Source of the DNA: Phoronis australis
Lineage: Eukaryota; Animalia; Phoronida
Reading direction: 5' to 3'
Assembly: GCA_002633005.1 (NCBI GenBank)
Contig: NMRA01000243.1
Coordinates: 399,718 to 463,717 of the forward strand
Length of the DNA: 64,000 nucleotides
The notes beneath the pieces are model-generated. The model worked only from the letters and a program-made list of their open reading frames with translations. It searched no databases and was not told the DNA's origin. Made by a program: the position numbers and the translations under genes. Shown one piece after another: positions 48,955 through 62,191 of this stretch (position 1 is the first letter of the stretch; each line of letters opens with the position of its first letter).

Positions 48955-51532
48955 TTGGCTCCGACTACCGTTGGACTTGCTCGCTGTATAACGGCTTCCG
49001 TCAATGACTTAATAATCTGAGATGCGCTTAATATTATTCACGATGGTTTAGTGTGCTGGTAACTAATAGCCTAGATGCTGACAACTGAGACACGGGCATC
49101 AGTATTGGAACAGTTTTCAATTGTCTTTTGGTCAAGTTTGCACTTGGAGGGCACTAAACATTTCGCTATTTTATTGTTCGATTAAAGGAAGATGTGGAAA
49201 TAAAAAGTTCCACGTAGACCCAAGAAACCAGTCTCAAAAACGCCAGACCACGTCGTCACGGCTTTACAAGTGAAGCACGTGATAACAGTAACTGTTCTTG
49301 CTATATTGTCATGGGTCTGCGGCCGGGAAGGTCCTTTCGCACGAAGATTTAGGATGGCTGGCCAGTGGTCGTTATATACTCTTCAGTGCGTCAGACCATT
49401 ATTGTCACCGTGTGATGCAGGTGTGTTTTCTATAAGGTCTATTGTGTTGGACCTATATGGTGTAAAAATGCAAGTAAAGTGCTGAACCTAAACGGACTCC
49501 TGCCTACTGGAGGATCGTCCTTATATGTATATTAGAAGCGCCGCTTCAGCCGAGCTGGCCTCGTTCCTCCCCAATATGAGGACTCAACTAGTCGGCTCCG
49601 AACACTCTAAATTATATTAATAATAAAAACAATAATAACAATTATAATGATAATGATGATAATATGTAAATCTAAGTAATACCAGTTGAGTATCCACTTT
49701 CCACTGTAAATTGTACCAGTTTTTCACTTTCGCCTGTTAAAAAGGAATCTATAAAATACATTAGACACCGTCTTTTTGTTATTATTATTCTGTGCAAATT
49801 AAGTTAAAACGGTACTGAACTCGTGCGGTTTTCGGTCAAAAATCAAATTTTTATTTAGGCCCATGACCGCTCTAAAATTGGTCTCGTATTGTTCCTTATT
49901 CAGTTGCAAAGTCACGTGATTTCTGGGCCCAAGGAGAACTAATGACCAACTGTCAATTCTCTCCAAGTCCAGTACCTAGGAACAAGTTGATACCAATTTC
50001 GTAACGGTATGTGGTCTAAGTTACCTTTTTTAACAAAAAGGCTTAACGCCGCTTTAATCGGAACCCTAAACAATATCTTAGCGACTGTGACTAAATATCT
50101 TAGGCAACACTAGCGCATTGTGTTACTTAGGTAACTGTCAGATTATCTCTGCGTGTAACCGGGTATTTTCAAATGAAAAATCCATGACATTATCTTGTAA
50201 TATCGGGAATCAACTGCAGAAGCCAATGCCACATACTGACCATTTCTGATAACTTTCTGCTTCCTTTTCTCGTAAATTCTCCCTTTATCGAACTATTTTT
50301 GAGCGGGCTCACGAAATGCCGTTGATTTCCACGACATGTTTGGCAGTTCTAGGTCAGCCGACTCTCGTGGACGAGACGGCCTCCCCACCTGATGACTACG
50401 GGTATAGGTGGCGCTGTGGCTCAAGGTGTAGTTGAGCCACAGACTACTGTGCAGTTCCGTGTATGCATACGGATTGAAATTTATTCTTTTTTCGGAATGG
50501 TCATTCCGAATTGCCAAAAACATAACAATCAACTCATTCATTAAAGTGTATTCCCCATGGGTTATAAAAGGTATAAATTTTTGCCTTGAACGCTGGTGCA
50601 TGAATGGCTGCCAATCTGTCCGTTAGAACGTAGATCATGAAAATTAATACTGCATTTCATTAAGATCAGTGTGCCTCACTTCGGCTAATTGCAACCGTAT
50701 ATGATAATTTTAAATGACGTGCATGGCCTGATTGTGCTAAGTTCAAAACAGTTAAGTGTGTCTCTCTTTCGTGACTCATAAGTCCGTGATTACTGCCAGT
50801 TCCGATACGTCAATTTGTATATCATAACGGAGTAACGTAAGCTTATACAAAAAGTGAAAGAGTTGCAAGATGGCCTGGCCACATAATAATGATTCGTTTT
50901 TTACTATAACGCAGTCTTTGTAAATGCTCTATGAAGTAAAATTACCAGATACTACGATGACACTCTTTGGGAGGCTAAAAAATCCTATATCAACTCACTG
51001 AAGAATAAAAGAAATACCTCCCCGCTGTCACCAGTTTTAGGACGTAAATAATTTAAAAGCGGTTTACTTCACAATCCCGAAAAACTCTCGTTCCTTGGTC
51101 GGTGAATTTCTTATTTTTTTATTTGAAACTTAGCGTGCAGCCAGAGACAAAATCCATTATCCAGTTCTTAGTGAAAAGCACTTTCGTAAGACGTGCGTTG
51201 CGTGAATACTCTACGGGCCACTCAAAAGAAGAAAGTAATCCGCCATGCTCATCAGGCTAACTCAGGTGTCAGTGAGTTAAGTGTCTAATTTTGTAACATG
51301 GTCCAGAAGGATTTATATTCCATTTTGGTTTTGTCTGGTAAAAAGACTTTTCTGTCCAAAGGACTGTTTATTCAATTTTAAGTACATAAATAATTTAGAG
51401 AGATTGAAACCCCGTTATGAAACGGCTCGGGATTACGCTATGCAAAAGAACCTATACATATGAGTAACGTTTCAATAGTAATTGCCGCTAACAGATCCTT
51501 TTTAATGGTGCTAAATCTCTAAAAGGCTATTG

Positions 51533-52249
51533 TAGTCTCGAACCCAGTCTCTAGTAGCGTTTGAGTCGGGTGAAGATGGCTCGCTGGTTCCCTACGTGCC
51601 TAGCCAGCGCGCTGGCTACCGACCACCAACGCGGCACGCACGGAACCACCGAGGTGGAGATGGCTGACACCTGCCGCGATTCTTGATTTGCCAATCGGAT
51701 GAGGTCAGCCTAAGTCACTTCCACACATTTACTCATGTTATAAGTTGACTGGAACTGTATCCCAAAACATAAACCAGGGAATGAAAGTTGAGATCATGCC
51801 CACTGCAGGCGCGCATGTCTATAGTGCAGAAGCCATCTATTTCGTCGATCTCCGAGTCATGAAGGTTATCTAAAAATGAAACTACAAGAAAGAATGGCAA
51901 GAAAGATTCAAAATGTTGAAATGCGCTAGCAAATCGGATCGCATAGCTTAGAGGCTCAATGGTGAAAAATTTGAACACTGACATGGAGTCGCGGTTTAGA
52001 TCTTTACCACACTGAGGGCGCAGTTGCTGCTACCGACCCTCGACAAAACTTCGGCGAGTACTACCAGGGTAGAGTTCAGTAGCTGTCTTGCGACTACAAA
52101 AATCTAACCAAAATGACATGTTCTCATTTAAAATACACGGCAATATCTCACTTAATTTCGCGAAGTCTTGCTTTTTAGCGTGGTCCTAGTAGCATTACCG
52201 AGTCTACCTAGAGTACATACTATGCAAATAGAGTCTGGGTTCGAGAGTA
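51533..52249. mobile_element. TIR element (TAGTCTCGAACCCAG termini) containing a nested MITE at 52065-52211
   Basis: 21-bp inverted ends tagtctcgaacccagtctcta / tagagtctgggttcgagagta. Confidence 0.7.
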
Positions 52250-53365
52250 ATTCAGTCTCTAAAAGTGATGTATTTACTTCATGGTATGCCAAAGATATTA
52301 CATGTACTTAGATCCGGTCAGATTATCATCACATAGAACCAGAAAAGATATTTTCAAACCGGAAAAAACGTATTGTTCCTATCCGATAGGTGTGCATCAC
52401 GTGACCACCTACGCCTTTGATAACTGTACATCGTTTTCACTCTACTGCTCCCGTTACTCGTAAACTAACTTTTTGTCGAACTATTATAGAGCGAGCTCAC
52501 GAAATGTCGTCGATTTCCACGACTTGTTGTTTGGCAGTTCTAGATGAGTCGACTCGTGGACGAGACGGTCTCGAAATCTGGTGATCCGATGTGTGTGTGT
52601 GCATGTATGCACGTATTATCTGCAGCGCTCACTAGTTATTATTAACAATTGAAAGACCCAAGACTCTGTTCCCCAAGTTATGTGTGCCGCCCAGTCGAGG
52701 AGGCATTTTGTTATCTCGTCTAGAAGGTCTATAGTATCAGGTTAACTTGGCTTTGCTACGACCTCGGGCCATTGCGTTAAGTATTTAGTTTTTGATGCTG
52801 ATTAAGGTAGCATTGTTCAACAGGTGGCGTTTCGATAACCCGTTCTCTCGACTGCCTGGGCATTGTGTTGATCTGACTTTGAATCCAGTTACCCTCCACT
52901 ACTCCCCCCACCCCCCCGCACCCCCCCGCACCCCCCAGCTGAATATGGTTTTCTGCCAAGTTAAGGACGGAAAAGCGTCATTCAAGCTTACGTGCTGACA
53001 TACCCCGGAACGGATGTCCGTTAGCATCAGTTGTTCTTCAAGTGACCATAAATTGCTTTAATTGGAAATTTTCATGTCTTCGGACTGTTAATAGACGTGT
53101 TAAATATTTAAATGGGAATGGATCTTTTCACTACAATGAAGGATTTTAATAGGCTCTTATTGATAATGTACAATAACAGACATATTTTAAATGCCGAGCA
53201 GTTTGTAAAAAGGAAGGGATATGTGCATATCGGATAAAAAGCTTAATGCGCTCTTTTGAAAAGGAAGGCAGTGTTTGCAGTTTTTAGTTATTGTTTTGAC
53301 TTAACACCGAAGCATTGTAGGTAATTTCAGGAATTGTACTCTCACAAAATTATGACGCGTGGGGC

Positions 53366-53497
53366 GCGTTCCGTAGAAGCAAGACACTCGCGAGTAAAAG
53401 TAGTACGATCACGTGCTTCGCTTGAAATACATGGGGATATCTCTAGAAGACTTGCGTGATGTCGCTTTTCTCGCAAGGAACTTGCTCAACGGAACGC
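53366..53497. mobile_element. MITE (GCGTTCCGT termini); inverted relative at ~54300-54432
   Basis: gcgttccgtagaagcaag / cttgctcaacggaacgc; core GATCACGTGCTTCG..AATAC..GATATCT. Confidence 0.7.
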
Positions 53498-53934
53498 TGT
53501 CCTCTACTATCCTTTCCTAATGCAGCTGTTAAACCGTAGTTCAAAACCTTTGAATAATTGTTTTGGTTCATGCTATGTGGTGGAATCCTTTGTTTTGGTT
53601 CTTTGGATCGGCGAGTTAGCGTTCCTAATTACTCATAATAGAACCATAAAATGTATTTTGATAACCGCCACTAACTTGGTTTTCAAGAGTTTGAAGTTTG
53701 TGACTTCGGTTTGAACTAGCGAAACTTTTTAAATTACCACTATTTTAAAAATTAAGGCGGTGTTCAGTGTTGGATGTCAATCGCCTATAGGTACGTGAAA
53801 GTAAACAGGAAGTAAACACGTCATGTCACATCATCGTAGAGTTAACTCCAACGGTTTAAATTCTATTGTGCTTTGATATCTAATTCATGTTCACATCACA
53901 AATCGTTGACATCGACATAGTCTAATGTCATTTA

Positions 53935-54141
53935 TTGAGTGGTTGTTATGCGATCCGGCTGCTGGTCTGCAGCCGAAGGGGTTGTGAGTTCGATTCTGCG
54001 TTTAAGCTGATTTCAGAAAAGCAGTGATTTTAAAGTCGTGTGGCACTGACACAGAATTCCTAGCACATACACGTTTCTCGCAAAAAATTGGAGTTGTCGT
54101 AATCACTCGTGTGCTGACGAACAACAGAAATTTATTTATTT
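53935..54141 (+). mobile_element. Degenerate tRNA-derived SINE (family B)
   Basis: A-box-like GAGTGGTT, B-box GTTCGATTC (53988-53996), (TTTA)n tail. Confidence 0.5.
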
Positions 54142-54540
54142 CCACTACTGATCTTGTAAACATGTGCAATGTTTTTGGTCGCAGTCTAGTGTGATAGCCC
54201 CGACAAACGCTATTAGGCCATGACTACCGTAACTACGACGAGCGTAAAGTTAATATGGTGGAAGTCATTTAGGCCTAAAAGTATACTGCATGCAACCACA
54301 GATTCTCTACGAGAACCCAGCCAAAAAAAAAAACAAGATCTAATAAGACTTCGCAAGATATCGCGATGTATTACAACCGAAGCACGTGATCATACTGGCT
54401 TCCTTCGCGAGATTCTTGCGTCCGCGGAACTCAGTCCAGGACTACGCGGAGAAGGACTGCAGTCATCAGAGAGCACAACATTTCCACCGGATCCAATAGC
54501 TGCACCCCTTGTAGAAAGACAACACACGTTATCTAAAAGC

Positions 54541-54746
54541 CACCGCAGACGGAGAACTGTACGAGATGACCTGTTTCAGCCTCAAGTGAATGGGAGCTGA
54601 GCTGACAATTCATGTTGAGGCAGGGGCAACTGAATGAAGTGGCAAGTTCATTCGTTGTTGTATTTCTAAGTTTTGACGTAAGCTGTGAGCTCAGCTATCG
54701 TTCATTTGAGGCAGACAACTCACCCCGTAGATCTCCGTCTGCGGTG
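54541..54746. mobile_element. Palindromic CACTA/CMC-like MITE
   Basis: 15-bp perfect TIR CACCGCAGACGGAGA extending to ~65-bp imperfect arms; 3-bp TSD AGC. Confidence 0.8.
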
Positions 54747-56359
54747 AGCCTGACTGAGCTTGGTAAATGAATATCTTACGGATGACGTCATGCATTTTCG
54801 AAACCATGTACTCAGCTATATTTGAGAGTGGGGATGTGGAATCTGACAATGTTCAAACGACTTACCAAATAAGAGAAAAAAAACTTCGTCTCGAATGCAT
54901 GTTGTAAACGACATTCAACCTACTACCAACTGAGATGTGATGACGGGTTTACAGAGATTCAAATTTGGCTCGTATAATATAACATCGTGCTATCTCAAAT
55001 ACTTTTATTGATTTGTTTCTCAATGCTTTGATGGTAGTTCATGGACTTTATGAGATGTGGCTACAACAGGATAAATTTACTGGGCTATAATAACGAATTT
55101 GCCAGTTTTACTTCTACAATCTCAACACCATGGGATTTTGATGTTAAGACGCGCTACTTACGCTCAGTGGTCAAACCCTTGGTGTAAATCATTAAAACAC
55201 CCCTAACTCTTGGACTAGTCCTCACATAAACGAGGGCAAAAAATAGAGCCTCAGCCGCTGGAACAATGGTGTTTGTTGCAAAATTATTTATTAATTAGGC
55301 GGTTTGCACTATACATTGTCCAAGTGAAATGTTGACAGACTGGCTTTATTGATTGCCTCGTTTTCACTTTTGATATGATTCCCTCGATGACATTTCCAAC
55401 TCTGAACCGGAACCATCTTTTTGTGCAATTAAGCTGAGCCAAACTGCATCCAAAGTCAGCCAACCGCAGAAAAATTCAATTTGTACTAAAATTAAACAGT
55501 GTTATGGGCACATTACGTGGACTACGTAGACTAGTTTTATTGACGTAGATCCAGGACAAATTCCACGAAATTCGGTTTCTTTTTTGTATTGTGCACGAAT
55601 TAAACATCAGATGAGCAAGTATCTTGTAACCGTAGACTTCCAATTCACCGCGTTTGCTCCATCAAATTATTGTTCTTGTTCAGAAACCCAATATCTTGAA
55701 ATTGTATGCATGAGATGGTATCTCGTATTGCCATAAAATTTTAACACGACCGAACGATGTCCTCAAGATACAACTGCGTAATGGTTAATACAAGTATCAT
55801 GCTTGCAGTAATAGTTTTACACGTATCACGATTCCAGTGCAAATGATCGTTTCCCAGAAATCGATGAAAACGTATCATTTCCATTGTCGTGTAAACAAAA
55901 TTTGTTGCAAAGCTCTAACCAACTGGAGCATTTAAATATCAGATGTCAATTTGTGAAAAACGTCTCCCAGCGGAAGCTGTTCTCATATCTAAACACATGA
56001 AAATTACAAAAAATATTCGTCACATACTCGAAATATTATATTGCGAAATTGCGTTTGGCTGATATTTATGCATGAGTTAAACATCCTGCATTTTATTGAA
56101 AGAGGACTTCAAGAGAAGGTTCAATGGTCACGACAGTCGATGTTTGTTTCAAAGGAATATGTTACCCAGTAGCAGAGAATGACTGCATGGAAAGAAGTGA
56201 TAGCGCACCACAGTGAAAATAAGCCCTTAAATTTGATCAAGCCCTTCTTTCCACTCGTACTTTTTGTCATATTTTCCCTTTTCTTCGTGAGTCGCTTTTA
56301 ATTCCTTTGAACAAGTGTGAACTGAGCAAATTAAGAAAACAGCGCCATCTGTAACTAGG

Positions 56360-56710
56360 AAGACAACAGCAGATACACAAAGAAACAGACCAACAATCAG
56401 AGCAACGACAACAACAACACAACAACAACAACAGCAACAGCTTGAAAAACGACGAAAACAAAACAATAGTAACGTCAGCAACAACAACAATAACAATAAC
56501 AACAACAGTCACATTAACAATAAGAATGGCAACACCAACCCTAAACAAGAAGAGCACCACCACCACCACCAACATCATCATCCAAAACAACGACGGTGAC
56601 AACAGCGACAAAAATACCGCCAACATCAGTTACCTCAACAACAACAGTAGCGCCACCACCAACAATAACACCGGCAGATACAACAAACACTACCAGTAGC
56701 AATAACAATG
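56360..56710. repeat. Degenerate (AAC)n low-complexity tract
   Basis: Direct reading. Confidence 0.9.
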
Positions 56711-56927
56711 ATGTATGCACGTGCAACGGAAGCATGTTTACAAATTCCTCTGTTTGCAGAAAAGATGTGTATTAGCCGTAGCCCAGTCCCGAAATTCCAT
56801 CAAATTGTCCAAAAACTCTGTTTCTAACCCTTCTTGTCAGTGCATAATTATTTGCGTGTAAATCTCGAGTATACGTGTTTACGAGGCGAACTATATTTAC
56901 AATCCTTATTTGTTCTCAGATTAATAC

Positions 56928-56962
56928 GTGTGTGCGTGCGTGCGTGCGTGCGTACGTGCGTG

Positions 56963-57006
<44 letters not shown>

Positions 57007-57039
57007 NGCGTGCGTGTGTGTGTGTGTGTGTGTGTGTGT
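56928..57039. repeat. (GTGC)n/(GT)n microsatellite with internal N
   Basis: Direct reading. Confidence 0.97.
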
Positions 57040-57390
57040 ACCGACGACTCCCACGGGCACGTTGGCACTTCTAAACGTTCATTACGAGGGTAGACTATAC
57101 TCCTGCCGCACCATTCGCTCGGGCTTTGTAGTAGTTTCTTTTTCAACAAGGTACTTTTCTTGCGAATTAGAATTCTTTTATCCTAAAAAGTATTTAAATT
57201 TTTCTGTACCCAGCCCTTTTCTTATCAATCGCACCTTTTCTTATGAACGGCATTCGTTTCTTGGGAGCAATTTTGTAATTTAATGCTCGGGAAAAAAATC
57301 GCTGTTCATGAGAAGAAAATTGAGTTCATAGGGAATACAACTGCGGCTTATGCAGTGATGGATCAACCGTATGAAGTCACTGAAGCTTAA

Positions 57391-57756
57391 AGTGGCATTT
57401 CGCTGTTGTTTAGCTGTCAAAATTGAATTCGTAACCGAAGCGCATTGAGGCTAAAAAATGACTACGCTAATCCGATCTTGAATTCTTGTCGAATGAGTCA
57501 GTATCTCGAATCCGGGATTGCGTACATATGCTATTCTCGAATTCGCAATTTTAGTGTTGGACAACCCCAATAAAATGTGAATAGTTTTTGGGGGTCTCTC
57601 ACACTTTCAATTTTCTTCTTGTTAACGGAAGTAGAATCCAACCACGATAAATAATATTGTGAGGTCGAATTTGTGAGAGCTAAGACCACTGAGGTGAGAG
57701 TTACAGGCATAATTCTATTTTCGTTTTTAGCCAGACAAACGGGGCAAAATGCTACT
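57391..57756. mobile_element. Kolobok-like MITE (TTAA TSD, AG...CT ends); relative in opposite orientation at ~37255-37558
   Basis: ttaa|agtggcattt ... aaatgctact|ttaa; internal CGCAATTTTAG..GGACAACCCC block is the reverse complement of 37385-37420. Confidence 0.7.
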
Positions 57757-57959
57757 TTAAGCTTCAGCCACGGTACGGGAGGGTGCCCAAGTGCTGCATT
57801 TTCCATTGTTAGCCAAGGCACTATATAGGACCCACACAACCAAATAGGAACCCATCTCGCTATGATAGGGCCCTACTACTTGTAGTGGATTAATGAGTGC
57901 TTTGAAATCTGTGTAAAGACATCGACGTTGGCTACATGTTTTAGAGGTGTTGGCTTACT

Positions 57960-58255
57960 AGGGTGGCGAAGAGATGGCAACGGGAAGGTGGCGATGGGAG
58001 TGTGGCGACCGGAAAGGTGGAGACGGGAGTTGACGATGGGAGTGTGTCGATCGAGGAGGTGGTGGCGGGGAGGTGACAATGCCGGGACTGTGGCGATCAG
58101 GGAGTGGGTGACAGGGAGGTGGCGATGACAGTGTGGCGACCGGAAAGGTGGAGACGGGAGTTGACCATGTGAGTGTGTCGTTCGGGTGGTGGTGGCGGGG
58201 AGGCGACAATGCCGGGAGTGTGTCAACCGGGGATGTGGTGACGGGGAAGACTGGC
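57960..58255. repeat. G-rich higher-order tandem repeat (~131-bp unit built from ~13-14-bp GTGGCGAC-GGGAG subunits)
   Basis: GGAAAGGTGGAGACGGGAGTTGAC recurs at 58011 and 58142. Confidence 0.85.
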
Positions 58256-61200
58256 GGTAGGGGGCAGGAGTAAAGACTGGAGAGGCGATGAAGATGTCAC
58301 GGACAGGGGACACAGCCTATGTTATGGCCCTCGTAGCAGACAAAGCTGCAGGGTCCCGAAAATGTAGATCCGCCAACAACTTCGAGTTTTTTTATTTTGA
58401 TTGATGTCTGAAAATGGACACACCTAATAATGGAGATAATAAAAGGTGTTAAGTTAATGAGAACATTTGAGAGGACCGTGTGATGACGAAGTTAAGATTG
58501 TTCAATATAGAAGCCAGTTTGATATGCGTTTGTTGTGTTTAACTAGTATGCCTGGGATCAAGTCATAGGAACTCACACATTACTATGTTAATTGGAGCTG
58601 AAGCGAAGAAACGGTTGAAACGGTGTACAATGGATCTGACTGCCTATGAAAATTAAAATTGAATGTTATGCCTATCGGTTGTTACGTGGTTACCGTGGCA
58701 ACATTTCATACATGCATGAAGAAACAGCTAGGGAATCAAGTGCGTTATTCATTCGCCATCAGCACATTTCAATTGTGTGGCACCAGTTTAATTTGGAAGA
58801 ATACTTTTCACGTCAATTCATAAGGATAATCAAGCTGTTTTTCTTGAAAGACTCGTTTTCTGCAAAATGAAAAGTACTGTGTTTTTCGCTGTACACCCCC
58901 GCATAGAGCGACCCGTTTGTTGTTTGTTTTTCTTTTGTTGACTTGATTGCTTCACGGGCTCCAAGATGTCTGGGAACAGTATTTTAAAATGAAGCAGTTT
59001 TTAGAGGGAAATTGCATTTCAGTTTTTTGACCGATATCAGCTTGTTATTGGGTGGAACTCTTTTTCGAGATTTTTAGTGGGGCATGTTAGCATTTCAAAT
59101 TCAGCACAATTGTTCTAGTAATGGAATGGAGTTTAACTAATCTTTTGAATTTGAATTCGGATATTGCACCGCAAAGTTGATCTTTTATTAATTTAGAGTT
59201 GACCAAAATGGCACTGAAAAGTTTCATCTCATTAATTGCCATAAATCTGTTTCTTGGACTTTGAGATATCAACCACAGTGCTTGTAAGTGGTTGATCTTT
59301 TTACAGACAGGTTACGTTCTGGTCATTCACAGGTGAGCACGAAGCACTCGCTAAAAAACTCCTTTCATTCAGTAGACGTTTCATAGTTCTACCCATCTTC
59401 AAGGGATTTCATCTACTGCCCTGTTTTCTTTTTTCAAATGCAGTGTGCGCGGCTGTCGGCTGGTTAATTAAGGGACACTACAGATAAGTAGGTGAGGAGT
59501 AAAGAACATGATGGAAAACAGCACTTGTCACTCGAACTGAAAACATGAGTCCACTGCAATATGTTTTGTTGCTAGTACGACAAAGCAAACAACATAGAAA
59601 AATAAGAATTAGAAATGCATCGAATCATGAGCTGCAGTCACACCAACGTTTTAAATTCGTCGTGTGCAAACAAACTTAAAAGGTTTTACATTTGGAACAT
59701 TTTAAAACTCAAAACGCATTGAACAGAAAGTTTAGCTATTCAAGAACGTTTTTTGTAAATTTGTAGTGGACCAATATACAAAATAAGAAAATTCGAAAAA
59801 ATCAACGATAAATTAAAATTGTCGAACCCCCTTAAACCCTTTTAAATCCGTTTTGTGTAACAAAGCGTACAGCTGAAACATTTTACGACAACACACATGA
59901 CATGGTATATGCTTGATTCTACTGAAAAAGAAAGAGCCCTCGTCGAGTGATGACGTTTCGCGCAATTCCGCTTGACCATTAACAGTTCGAAAGACAGGCA
60001 GCTTCCGTTCAACTCCGCTAAAACGATCTTGCGGTGAAGCTTGTCAAGCAAACAGAACGCATTTTAAGTCAAAACGTTTTAGCTAAAACATTTTAAATTA
60101 ATGGTCGTGTGAATACAACCATTACCTGTTATCTAAAATCTACTACTTATAATGCGTTTAAGTTTCAAAACGTTTAAAAAGGCATGGGATGCGAAAACTC
60201 GTAAAAACTTCTTTTAAACAGATCTTGGGGAATCTACTTCTTAGGGATGCTATCGTGAGAGTTATTCACTTTGAATAATGCAAGAATTTCTAAAAAAATC
60301 GCCAGATTCATTATTTTTGAAACAGACGAAATATAAACTTTTTCATTCTAATACAGTTTTCAAATTCCCCGCCCCTAATAATACATATATGCGCGCATGC
60401 GCTCAAAAATTGGATTGGGTGCTTGAAATCGCCATTGTTTTCTATTCATCAAAGGTCAAAGGTCTGTTTCAGTGGTAGAGAACCATTTTGAATAATGCAG
60501 TCAAAGCTCAAGCGTTTTAAGGTGCTCGTATGATGACTCAGAATAGATTAGCAAGTCTTTTTCGCGAGCGATTCCAAGTGCACACCGACACCCGCAAAAC
60601 AATAAAATCCATTCCGTTTTTTGCAATTTCATTACAAATTGCCAATTTTCACAGATGTTTGCCAATATTCTCGAAACCTTGTTGAATATGCATAAAATAC
60701 TCGGTCCTTTATCGAGCATTGGCAGAGCATTTGGCTGCGAACGCGAAGGCTCCCTGGTCGAATTCGTGCTGAACCCGACAATGTCACTTTTAAGTTTTTA
60801 GACATTTTTTACATGCAACACCCTGCCGTGGACACGCATCAAACAAATTTTGAAATTAAAATTTGCGGTCTATCTATCGGGTGTATAAACGATTGCGCAA
60901 GTCTGAATATCTCGCAGAAATTTCAATCACTTACGTACTTTTGAGGCCTACACTTATGTCGTGTCCAAATAGGCAATTATACTAGCGCAAATTGCACCTG
61001 GGACAACCGCATGCCCAGACTACAGTCACGTAATTGGTGCCAAGGACGTGGAACAGGGCGCAAATCACGCACATGTCATTGTAGTGCGTTTAGTATTATA
61101 ATCGGCCACATGGCGGGAGTTTAAGAAACAACAGTGCGATATTTGCCCGAAATATTCCGTTGGTCTATTTTATTTATTGAAATTTAGTAATGAAAACGAA

Positions 61201-62191
61201 AGCAAAAAACGAATTCGGTGGGAAACTTGTAATTTTGGCGCGAAAAGCAGTGATGCACTCGGATAAACTCAGTTGCGCAAGCACGTAGCTAATAATTACT
61301 TCTGTCTTGCCCCATTTTGCGATTCACAGCGGCACTTGAAGTTGGGCAAGTTGATCGGGCGCAAGTTGCGCTAGACCTCGAAGTTGCGCTTAAACTAACA
61401 CAAGTTACACCTGGGTCAACTTGTGCTAGTTATAAAGTGCCCGCCTGCACACAGCTTTAGTTCAGTGATGCCGTGCTTTCGGAGATTCTGAAGCTAGAAC
61501 GTAGCGCTGAGATTCCGTGATTCCGATGATACTTTTCTCGAGAGGTTAGTTACTATAATCTCATGAATACCGCCTTAATGAAAATGTGAGTTATTAAAAT
61601 TTCCTATCATTCTTATCTTCATTGCAGGTTTAATTGAGAGCACGTGTTCTCTGAAACTATGTAAGTTCTTCATCATAGCCAGTCATGAGTGCCTGATTCC
61701 ATGAAACAGTCCCAAATAGGGACTCAAGTAGGTTCCCTAAATCTACTGCGTATTTATGGACTTGTGAAAACACTGATTGTCCTTTCTTCTGCTGGTTTAG
61801 TTTCATTACTAAGTCAATTTTTGGATTTGATACAAATCGAGAGTCAACTCGACGTTGAATTATCAATATTATCGAAAATAAACACGGACCTTTTCAGGCA
61901 ACGCCCCTAACGTAAGGACCAAGTCCCTACTCATTTTCGTTGAATTCAGGGCTTAGTTTTTAGTTATATCATTAGAAAATGTCATAAATCAAAAAGGAGC
62001 TCATAAAAAAGACGAAAAGATACCAAAAGATAACATCTGTGAGTAAAGAAAGACACAATTAGAAAAAAAGATTTAGGAAACTTAGTTGAGTTCATATTTG
62101 GTACTGTTTCGTGCAACCCAGCACAGAAACCTAAAAGTGTAAGACTCAGTAAATTAATGGACTTAAAATGAAATATTTGGAATATTAAACA

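Noticed and set aside
56227-57283. Poly-Cys/Val/Thr/His ORFs
   Set aside because: Products of (AAC)n and (GT)n simple repeats.
57876-58313. 145-aa Pro/His/Arg-rich ORF
   Set aside because: Arises from the G-rich tandem repeat; no splice or homology support.
60710-60780. tRNA-like segment (also ~10630-10705 on the minus strand)
   Set aside because: Too degenerate to call a tRNA or a defined SINE.
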